Assembly (NCBI GenBank): GCA_944322925.1
Contig: CALUQM010000008.1
Span: 9,073-73,072 of the forward strand
DNA length: 64,000 nt
Direction: 5' to 3'
Origin: an uncultured Bacteroidales bacterium
GTDB taxonomy: Bacteria > Bacteroidota > Bacteroidia > Bacteroidales > UBA932
Shown: one piece after another, positions 20,721-28,203 of the stretch
Layout: the number at the start of each line of letters is the position of its first letter
How positions within the stretch are numbered: the stretch's first letter is position 1
Program-made: the position numbers and the translations under genes
Notes under the pieces: model-generated
Told to the model about the DNA's origin: nothing
Seen by the model: the letters and a program-made list of their open reading frames with translations, nothing else
The model's database searches: none

Positions 20721-20759
20721 ATCAAAAACGGGTTGTCATCACGACAACCCGTTTTTGAT
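20721..20759. terminator. Intrinsic terminator after lepA (symmetrical, could act on both strands)
   Basis: atcaaaaacgggttgtc-atcac-gacaacccgtttttgat perfect 17-bp inverted repeat with A/T runs. Confidence 0.92.
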
Positions 20760-20861
20760 CTGTGGAAATCGGGAAAGATTGCACAAAACCCCGATTTGTA
20801 AGTCTCCACAGAAAGAGACGAATAAGATTCTTAACCGGAATCAAAGGTCGCATCTTTGTCT

Positions 20862-20930
20862 ATGTACAAGGTTGTCGATAATGTTGTTTTAGTTGTTGTT
20901 TTAGTTGTTGTGCGTTGTTCCATACCATGA
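20862..20930 (+). CDS. Putative Val-rich uORF MYKVVDNVVLVVVLVVVRCSIP overlapping the menA start (ATGA)
   Basis: ATG 20862 to TGA 20928-20930; 10 Val in 22 aa; stop overlaps the menA ATG at 20927. Confidence 0.35.
   Translation: MYKVVDNVVLVVVLVVVRCSIP
20883..20911. repeat. 12-bp tandem repeat (GTTGTTTTAGTT) x ~2.4
   Basis: gttgttttagtt gttgttttagtt gttgt read directly. Confidence 0.9.
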
Positions 20931-21838
20931 AAAGTATAAAACCCTACATCACTGCAATGCGTCTCAGGACGCTTCCCCAATCTCTTGCCGGAGTTTCTCT
21001 CGGACTCATGCTTGCGGCTTCCGATTACAGGATCAATCCGTGGGCTGCAGTCTTTACGCTGCTGACCGCCGTTTTCCTGCAGATCCTCTCCAATACGTCA
21101 AATGAGCTCGGAGACTTTCTCAGAGGCACCGACAGACCCGATGACAGGCAGGGCCCTGACTATACCCTGACAAAAGGGCTGATAAGCGAAAAGGAATACA
21201 GGGCGATGATTGTTGTCTATGTCCTTCTGTCGGCAGCAAGCGGTCTTGCCATGATATGGTTTTCCTTCGGGACATTTTTCGATTACGGGGCATTCATAAC
21301 GATGCTTCTCGGCGTAGCTGCCATTTCGGGAGCCATAAAATATACTCTCGGGAGAAATCCTTACGGGTACAGGGGACTGGGAGATGTTTACGTGTTCATC
21401 TTTTTCGGAATCGTGGCCGTCCTGGGATCATATTTTGTCGCTACCCATGAAATCAGGACGTGGATACTTCTGCTTCCGGCTGCGTCTGTCGGTTTCCTCA
21501 GTACTGCAGTGCTCAATGTGAACAACCTTAGGGATATGGAAAGCGATGCGGCAACCAGAAGGACGATTCCGGTAAGGATTGGAGAGAAGAAAGCCAAGAT
21601 CTACCATACCTTCCTTATTGCTGGAGGATGGCTCGGAATGACGGCTTTTGCCATGCTGAGAATTTTCGACTGGTGGCACTATCTGTATGTCGTGACCTTG
21701 CCGCTGTTCATTTTCCATCTTGTCATGGTCTGGAAAAATTCCGGCAAGGCCCTCGACCCGCAGCTGCCTTTCCTTGTCATTTCCACTTTCGTGTTTTCCC
21801 TGCTTGCCGGTTTCGGCTTTGTCAGATTTTTACTCTGA
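20927..21838 (+). CDS. menA: 1,4-dihydroxy-2-naphthoate octaprenyltransferase
   Basis: RLRTLP, LQILSNTSNELGDF, YTLGRNPYGYRGLGD, LNVNNLRDMESD. Confidence 0.95.
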   Translation: MKSIKPYITAMRLRTLPQSLAGVSLGLMLAASDYRINPWAAVFTLLTAVFLQILSNTSNELGDFLRGTDRPDDRQGPDYTLTKGLISEKEYRAMIVVYVLLSAASGLAMIWFSFGTFFDYGAFITMLLGVAAISGAIKYTLGRNPYGYRGLGDVYVFIFFGIVAVLGSYFVATHEIRTWILLLPAASVGFLSTAVLNVNNLRDMESDAATRRTIPVRIGEKKAKIYHTFLIAGGWLGMTAFAMLRIFDWWHYLYVVTLPLFIFHLVMVWKNSGKALDPQLPFLVISTFVFSLLAGFGFVRFLL

Positions 21839-24800
21839 CGTTTCCTGTATGCTTTCGAAGAGAGTCCCGTCCGGATCTATTATTTTCCGGATGCGGACAT
21901 CAATGTCGTCTGCAATGGACTTGTCTCCGTTGTTCGTGCAAATGTACTGGAGATTGCTCAAGTAAGTGTAGATGTTGTCGAAATACGTTGTGCTGTAGTC
22001 GTAGAAGGATATGAAGAACGAAGCCGATTCCATCAGCCGGTCGGCAAAGCGTCCGGCGATTTCCCTTGCCTTGTCCCCCTGTCCGAGTTCGTAGTACAGG
22101 GCGATCATTCTGAGCACCATGTATTCGTTGCTGAAGTCATAGAAAGTCATGTCCAGAGGGAAATTGTACTCGGGTACGTTTTCCTGGCACATTTCCATCA
22201 TTTCCAGAGCCCTGTCGGGCCGTCCTGCCTCAATCATCTTGTCTGCGGCATTAAGGAATAGGTTTCTCTGGGACATCACTCCGCAGAACGTATAGAGATT
22301 CTGGTAGTCCACGAAATAGTCGTCCCGTTTCAGGGCATCCCACGAGAATACCTCCGTCATCTTGCGGTAAAGATCCTCGGGATCGGTGAAGCCCACATCC
22401 GCACTGCTCATAGGTCCTTTGACCGGTACGAACTTGTACGAGAAGCCTTCGTACATCAGATAGCTCTTCTGGCCCACGTCGAGGTCTCCGCCCATGTTAA
22501 GCATGTTTATCGGCCTGTCCCACTGATAGTTGGACAGCAGGTCGAGGAAGAAGAGCTCCGGTTTCGTGATATACGTCTTGTTTTCAGGCATCTCGAGGAT
22601 GATTTCATCAGGTATGATGTCGGCATATTTTTCGTCGAGAATACCGTATTTTATCACGTTTTCCTTGTTGACAGGCACGCTGATCTTGCGCGATATGATG
22701 TAGTCTACCAGTTTCCCGCTGGTCAGCTCCACCTTTGCACGCGGATGCTTGAATACCCGCATCACATCGGAAATCGATATCACTGTGTCGCGCACGTCGT
22801 ATATGAAGACAAGTTCATTGGTCCCGTACAGGTACTGCTCGAGTCCGACGGTCAGAGGAAGCGGCGCCGATTCGTTGCAGGCGTATTTCATCTGGTCTAT
22901 GTGCCAGTCCGTACCGAGAAGCGAGGTGTTGCATATCCTAACGTCGGTGCGGACGTTTTCCACTTCCTGTGCGTACCAGAGCGGGAAGGTGTCATTGTCC
23001 CCGTGGGTAATCAGTATGCCGTTCTCTCCTACGGAATTGAGATAGTTCCGTGCGAGTTCGACCGCAGTGTAGCGATGGCTCCTGTCATGGTCGTCCCAGT
23101 TCTGCTGAGCCATCAGGGCAGGCACTCCGAGGCAGACAAGGGAAACGGCCGATGCCACGGCTGTCCTTGCTCCGGTATTGTCCGTCTTGCCTGCAAGCCA
23201 GGAATACAGAGCCAGCACTGCCAGTCCTATCCATATCGAAAAGGCATAGAACGAGCCTGCATAGGCATAGTCCCTTTCCCTGACCTGGTAAGGAGGCTGG
23301 TTCAGATATATGACAATCGCTATTCCTGTCATGAAGAAAAGCAGGAATGTCAGCCATGTCCCTCTCTTGTCCCTTGCGAACTGGAAGAAAAGCCCTATCA
23401 GTCCGAGCAGCAGCGGAAGCATGTAGTAATGGTTTTTCCCCTTGTTGTCTTTCAAGTAGTCCGGGGCTCCGCTCTGGTCTCCGAGTCTGGCCTTGTCTAT
23501 GAAGCCTATGCCGCTTTCCCAGTTGCCTGCGAACAGTTCTCCCGGAGACGGGCTGTGGATGTCGTTCTGCCTTCCGGCGAAATTCCACATGAAATACCTC
23601 CAGTACATCCAGTTGAGCTGGTAGTCGAGAAAGAATTTCATGTTCGTGCCGAATGTCGGTTTCAGGTGTTCGGCGCCTTCCACCGGAGTCCCTTTCCCGT
23701 CCATGTAGGATTCGTAGAAATCGATGTACCTCTGGTCGCTGCCAGCCCACATGCGCGGGAAGAACATCTTTCCTTCTGCAGGGTATTTCAATTCTCCCGG
23801 ACTGTCGGCATGTACGTATTTGTCACCTATCGGGGTCCAGTATTTCGGTGTCACGACGTCATACGGCGCATCGAAATACTGCCCGTAGATCAGAGGTGTC
23901 GAGCCGTACTGCTCACGTGCAAGATATCTGATCAGGGTAAAAGGATTGTCAGGCTGGTATTCGTTCGTAGGCGTCTTTGCGGATGACCTTATTATGACGA
24001 CAGAGAATATCGAGAACCCGATGACGATGACTGTAAAGCAGAGCAGGAGCGTATTGGCCACGACCTGATGCCTTTTCATCGTATGGAACAATCCCCAGAA
24101 GCAGACTGCGAGCAGCACGATCATGAAAAATGCCGCACCGGTATTGAACGGCAGTCCGAGTACGTTGACGAAAAACAGATCGGTATATGCTGCCAGTTTC
24201 GGGAGATACGGAATAATGCCGTAGAGAATGACGGCAAGAATAATGGCCGAAAGGGCAAATATCTTTACGTATTCCCAGAACGAATAATGACCGGATTCAC
24301 GCTTCTTGTAGTAGAACATGAAGACAAGGGCCGGAATGGTCAGCAGGTTGAGAAGGTGCACTCCGATGGAAAGTCCCATCAGGAAAGAAATCAGTACTAT
24401 CCATCTGTTCGCATACGGCGAATCCGCCTGTTCATACCATTTTGTCATGGCCCAGAAGACTACGGCGGTGAACAGCGAGGACATCGCGTAGACTTCACCC
24501 TCTACGGCAGAGAACCAGAATGTATCGGAAAAGCAATATGCCAGAGCTCCGACGATTCCGGACCCGTATATGGCAATGGCCTGCGACAGGGTGTATTTGC
24601 CTCCGTCACCGGCCCTGACAAGTCTTTTGGCCAGGAATACTATTGTAAGATACAGGAAAAATATAGTCAGGGCGGAACATAATGCACTCATCACGTTTAC
24701 GGCTACCGCTGCGTGCATGTTGTCCGTAAACATTGTGAAAAAGCGTGCGATGAGCTGGAAAACCGGGTTTCCCGGCGGGTGTCCCACTTCAAGTTTGTAG

Positions 24801-24934
24801 GATGATGCGATAAATTCCCCGCAATCCCAGAATGATGCGGTCGGCTCTATGGTAAGGAGATATGTCACTGAAGACACTATCAGTACGAAAAATGCCGAAA
24901 TCCTGTTCCAGAGCGTAAATTTCCTGTTATCCAT
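21830..24934 (-). CDS. DUF2723 polytopic membrane protein (TMEM260-like, GT-C putative protein O-mannosyltransferase)
   Basis: TASFWDCGEFIASSYKLEVGHPPG, WFSAVEGEVYA, RERDYAYAGSF, GDNDTFPLWY; many TM segments, 1034 aa. Confidence 0.88.
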   Translation of the reverse strand: MDNRKFTLWNRISAFFVLIVSSVTYLLTIEPTASFWDCGEFIASSYKLEVGHPPGNPVFQLIARFFTMFTDNMHAAVAVNVMSALCSALTIFFLYLTIVFLAKRLVRAGDGGKYTLSQAIAIYGSGIVGALAYCFSDTFWFSAVEGEVYAMSSLFTAVVFWAMTKWYEQADSPYANRWIVLISFLMGLSIGVHLLNLLTIPALVFMFYYKKRESGHYSFWEYVKIFALSAIILAVILYGIIPYLPKLAAYTDLFFVNVLGLPFNTGAAFFMIVLLAVCFWGLFHTMKRHQVVANTLLLCFTVIVIGFSIFSVVIIRSSAKTPTNEYQPDNPFTLIRYLAREQYGSTPLIYGQYFDAPYDVVTPKYWTPIGDKYVHADSPGELKYPAEGKMFFPRMWAGSDQRYIDFYESYMDGKGTPVEGAEHLKPTFGTNMKFFLDYQLNWMYWRYFMWNFAGRQNDIHSPSPGELFAGNWESGIGFIDKARLGDQSGAPDYLKDNKGKNHYYMLPLLLGLIGLFFQFARDKRGTWLTFLLFFMTGIAIVIYLNQPPYQVRERDYAYAGSFYAFSIWIGLAVLALYSWLAGKTDNTGARTAVASAVSLVCLGVPALMAQQNWDDHDRSHRYTAVELARNYLNSVGENGILITHGDNDTFPLWYAQEVENVRTDVRICNTSLLGTDWHIDQMKYACNESAPLPLTVGLEQYLYGTNELVFIYDVRDTVISISDVMRVFKHPRAKVELTSGKLVDYIISRKISVPVNKENVIKYGILDEKYADIIPDEIILEMPENKTYITKPELFFLDLLSNYQWDRPINMLNMGGDLDVGQKSYLMYEGFSYKFVPVKGPMSSADVGFTDPEDLYRKMTEVFSWDALKRDDYFVDYQNLYTFCGVMSQRNLFLNAADKMIEAGRPDRALEMMEMCQENVPEYNFPLDMTFYDFSNEYMVLRMIALYYELGQGDKAREIAGRFADRLMESASFFISFYDYSTTYFDNIYTYLSNLQYICTNNGDKSIADDIDVRIRKIIDPDGTLFESIQETSE

Positions 24935-24963
24935 TTATAATAAATATTTTCTGTTCAAGCAGG

Positions 24964-24992
24964 CAAAGATAGTAAAAATCTGAGTATTTTTG
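24964..24992. promoter_or_regulatory. Back-to-back -7 promoter elements for DUF2723 (minus) and SUI1 operon (plus)
   Basis: TATCTTTG on minus 24964-24971; TATTTTTG on plus 24985-24992. Confidence 0.65.
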
Positions 24993-25029
24993 CGGAAACG
25001 GAAATGCTTGTCGCTTAAAACAGATACAA

Positions 25030-25374
25030 ATGGCAGATAACGATTGGAAAAAGCGTCTCGGTGTGGTTTATTCGACTGACCCGGACTTTAAATATGAAGA
25101 AGAAGAGACAGTGGAGCCGGAGACATTGCAGCCGTCCCTGCAGCGTCTTGTCGTATCGCTCGACAAACGGAACAGGGGAGGGAAGCAGGTGACTCTCGTC
25201 TCTGGATTCCGCGGGAAAGAGGAGGATCTTGCGGATCTCGGCAGGACTCTTAAAATCAAATGCGGAGTCGGAGGAAGCGCCAAAAACGGAGAAATTACCA
25301 TTCAGGGCGACTTCCGGGACAAGGTTACGGATCTTCTGACAAAAATGGGGTACAAGGCAAAGCGGGGAAATTGA
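25030..25374 (+). CDS. SUI1/YciH-family translation factor
   Basis: LGVVYSTDPDF, RGGKQVTLVSGF, LKIKCGVGGSAKNGEITIQGDFRDKV. Confidence 0.93.
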   Translation: MADNDWKKRLGVVYSTDPDFKYEEEETVEPETLQPSLQRLVVSLDKRNRGGKQVTLVSGFRGKEEDLADLGRTLKIKCGVGGSAKNGEITIQGDFRDKVTDLLTKMGYKAKRGN

Positions 25375-25375
25375 A

Positions 25376-26005
25376 ATGGAAAGTTCCGTTCCGGGAATCC
25401 TGTCCGCAATCTGCGTGATTGTCGGGATACTGCTGCTAAGGGTGTTTTTCAACGTCCTCCCCGTGCTTGGCGGCTGCCTGCTGCGCTGGAAAGAGTGCGT
25501 CAAATCTGAGGACAGCGTAAAGACGGGCATAGACAGGAATATCATGGCCATATATCTGGTCCTGCCTTTCTGTCTCGTAGCCGCAAGATACCGGCTTTAT
25601 CCGGCGGATTTCATGCAGGGGCTCTCCGATACGGCCTGTCTGGGCGCCGTGACCGGAATATTCATCATGTATGTTCTGGTCCGTCTTCTTTTCTTCAGCC
25701 TTGTACGCCCTTCCGGCATGGACCGGAAGACATATCTGGCATCCCACAGGGCAGCCTGGAGCTTTTTCTGCATCATGGCTCTTGCCGTTCTCTGTACGGC
25801 GGGATTCTGTTCTTTCATCAAGGTTCCGGATGACTGCGTGACCCGTATTCTTCTTTATGTCATGGCCGGCATATACGCCGTGTTTCTTGTCAGGAGATTC
25901 CAAATTTTCAGCAACAGTTGCTCGATTTTGACAGCAATTTTGTATCTTTGCGCCCTGGAAATTTTGCCGTCGGCAATTTTTGTGGTTCCGGCAATATTTT
26001 TTTGA
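25376..26005 (+). CDS. DUF4271-family membrane protein
   Basis: Hydrophobic 209 aa with C-terminal ILYLCALEILP motif; position before hemD-rnpA as I recall from other Bacteroidetes. Confidence 0.65.
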   Translation: MESSVPGILSAICVIVGILLLRVFFNVLPVLGGCLLRWKECVKSEDSVKTGIDRNIMAIYLVLPFCLVAARYRLYPADFMQGLSDTACLGAVTGIFIMYVLVRLLFFSLVRPSGMDRKTYLASHRAAWSFFCIMALAVLCTAGFCSFIKVPDDCVTRILLYVMAGIYAVFLVRRFQIFSNSCSILTAILYLCALEILPSAIFVVPAIFF

Positions 26006-26006
26006 T

Positions 26007-26747
26007 ATGACAGTCAGGAATATTCTTATCTCCCAGCAGCCGCCGAAAGCTGCGTCTCCATATTCAGAAATCACTTCGAAATATGGGGTCAACTTCGATT
26101 TCGTGCCTTTTTTCTCGATAGAACCTTTGTCCTCAAGGGAATTCAGGGCCCAGAGGATCAACATACTCGATTATACGGCGATAGTATTTTCAGCGAGATC
26201 GACTATCGACGCATTTTTCCATCTGTGTGCGGAACTGAGGATAAAGATTCCGGAGACGATGAAGTATTTTTGCACGACCGAAGCTGTCGCCATGTATCTG
26301 CAGAAGCATATCGTCTACAGAAAAAGGAAAATATTTTTCGGAGACGGCACGCCGGCGTCGCTCATAACGCAGATCGGGACCAAGCATAAGGGAGAAAAAT
26401 TCCTTATTGCGACATCGGATTCCGCCAACAATGACATTACGCGGCTTTTCGAAACAGGCGGATTGGACTTCAACAGTGCGATTTTCGTCAAATCCGTATC
26501 CCGGAACCTGAAAGACATTTCACCGTCGGCATACGACATGATTGTCCTGTACAATCCTTCCGACGTGAAGTCTCTCTATGAGAATTTTCCGGAGTTCCAG
26601 CAGAATAACGTCAAGTTCGTCTCATACGGCAAGTCCGTAGTCAAGGCAATGAACGACGCCGGGCTGAAAATCGAGATTTCCGCACCTACGTCCACTGCGC
26701 CGTCCGTAGCAAAAGCTCTCGAACTCTATCTGGAAAGCAACAGATAG
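26007..26747 (+). CDS. hemD: Uroporphyrinogen-III synthase-like protein
   Basis: ILISQQPP...SPY, FDFVPFFSIE, REFRAQRINILDYTAIVF, MKYFC..EAVAMYLQKHIVYRKRKIFFG; start MTVRN at 26007. Confidence 0.85.
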   Translation: MTVRNILISQQPPKAASPYSEITSKYGVNFDFVPFFSIEPLSSREFRAQRINILDYTAIVFSARSTIDAFFHLCAELRIKIPETMKYFCTTEAVAMYLQKHIVYRKRKIFFGDGTPASLITQIGTKHKGEKFLIATSDSANNDITRLFETGGLDFNSAIFVKSVSRNLKDISPSAYDMIVLYNPSDVKSLYENFPEFQQNNVKFVSYGKSVVKAMNDAGLKIEISAPTSTAPSVAKALELYLESNR

Positions 26748-26749
26748 AG

Positions 26750-27130
26750 ATGGTTTCGGACGTACCGCGCAACACTCTGCCGAAAGAAGAAAGGCTGTAC
26801 GGCAAGAAAGACATCAGCAGGCTTCTTGCCCGGGGGAAATATCGTGTCTGCAGAAATATCAGGTATTGTTTCTCTGCCGGGAACGGGACGGGCCGCAACA
26901 GAATCATGGTTTCGGTTTCCAAAAAACTTTTCAGGCGCGCCGTAAAACGCAATCTTCTGAAAAGAAGAATCCGCGAGAGCTACAGGCTGCAGAAGCATGT
27001 TCTGCCGGCAGAATGCGCGACAGACATTTTTTTCATATACAACAGCAAAGAGATATCCGCCACTCCGGAAATCCGTGCCGAAGTAGGAAAGATACTCGAG
27101 ATGATCGGAAATGAGGTCAGGAAAGATTAG
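26750..27130 (+). CDS. rnpA: Ribonuclease P protein component
   Basis: [35 protein letters not shown] (RNR motif). Confidence 0.95.
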   Translation: MVSDVPRNTLPKEERLYGKKDISRLLARGKYRVCRNIRYCFSAGNGTGRNRIMVSVSKKLFRRAVKRNLLKRRIRESYRLQKHVLPAECATDIFFIYNSKEISATPEIRAEVGKILEMIGNEVRKD

Positions 27131-27359
27131 GGAAATATTGAAGAAAGCCGCAATTTTTCCATTTGTCTTTCTTATTTTGTTCTACAGGAAGTGCATATCT
27201 CCGTTCACTCCGGCATCCTGCAGATTCACCCCTACATGTTCGGCATACGCTCTTGAGGCGTTCAGGAAACACGGTCCGTTCAAAGGTCTGTACCTGACTG
27301 TAAGGCGACTGCTCAGATGCCATCCGTGGGGAGGAAGCGGATACGATCCTGTACCTTGA
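27111..27359 (+). CDS. yidD: Membrane protein insertion efficiency factor
   Basis: [43 protein letters not shown]. Confidence 0.95.
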   Translation: MRSGKIREILKKAAIFPFVFLILFYRKCISPFTPASCRFTPTCSAYALEAFRKHGPFKGLYLTVRRLLRCHPWGGSGYDPVP

Positions 27360-27374
27360 ACTTAGACTGAAGGA

Positions 27375-27463
27375 GCAGGGTGCAGCCCTGCGACGAGCCC
27401 CCGGCAAGTGGGCGAATGGGGGTGGCGCCCCTTGAAAAGGGGCTGTCGATGCATCGACCTGGG
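27375..27463 (+). other. GC-rich multi-hairpin element in the yidD-menG intergenic region (candidate cis-regulatory RNA or dispersed repeat)
   Basis: Stems gcaggg/ccctgc, ccccc/ggggg, gcccctt/aaggggc and the 14-bp palindrome gtcgatgcatcgac. Confidence 0.45.
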
Positions 27464-27483
27464 TTTAAGACAAACGTTATATT

Positions 27484-28203
27484 ATGCCGCAAAAAGAGAA
27501 AATACGCCGGATGTTCGACAATATCGCTCCGGATTATGACAGACTGAACCATATTCTTTCACTCGATATCGACCGGATATGGAGGAAAAAGGCCGTAAGG
27601 GAAATTGCAGACGGTACCGCTCCTGTGGAAGTTCTGGACGTAGCCTGCGGCACAGGTGATTTTTCCATTGCGATAGCACGGAAAGCGGCTCCCGGCAGCA
27701 GAATTACCGGAATAGACCTTTCCGAGGGAATGCTCGACGGTTTCCGGGCCAAGGCAGAGGCTGCCGGCCTGAATGAAATCATTGCCATGGAGCAGGGTGA
27801 CTGCGAGAATCTCGGATTTCCCGACAATTCCTTCGACAGGGTTACCGTAGCTTTCGGAGTACGGAATTTCGAGAATCTCGCGGCAGGACTCAGGGAGATG
27901 TACCGCGTCCTGAAACCCGGAGGCAAGACCGTGATTCTGGAGCTTTCAGTACCCGGCAATCCTGTTTTAAGATTCCTTTACAAATTGTATTTCCTGCATG
28001 TCCTGCCTGCGATAGGAGGCCTTGTTTCGGGCAACAGGGGAGCATATATGTATCTGCCTGCATCGGTGCTGAAATTCCCGAAACCGCAGGTTTTCATGGA
28101 TATGATGTCCTCGTGCGGTTTCAGGAATGTCCGGGGGAAAGCCTTTACCTTCGGCATCTGCCGGATGTATGTCGGGGCGAAGGATATTACCGGTATTCGA
28201 TGA
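27484..28203 (+). CDS. menG: Demethylmenaquinone methyltransferase (UbiE/MenG)
   Basis: MFDNIAPDYDRLNHILSL.ID..WRK, VLDVACGTGD, VAFGVRNF, LKPGGK..ILELS. Confidence 0.95.
   Translation: MPQKEKIRRMFDNIAPDYDRLNHILSLDIDRIWRKKAVREIADGTAPVEVLDVACGTGDFSIAIARKAAPGSRITGIDLSEGMLDGFRAKAEAAGLNEIIAMEQGDCENLGFPDNSFDRVTVAFGVRNFENLAAGLREMYRVLKPGGKTVILELSVPGNPVLRFLYKLYFLHVLPAIGGLVSGNRGAYMYLPASVLKFPKPQVFMDMMSSCGFRNVRGKAFTFGICRMYVGAKDITGIR

Noticed and set aside
27439-27458. GGGGCTG...TCGAC resembles a tmRNA 5' end
   Set aside because: No room for a ~350-nt RNA (menG starts 25 nt later) and no tRNA-like 3' end or tag reading frame
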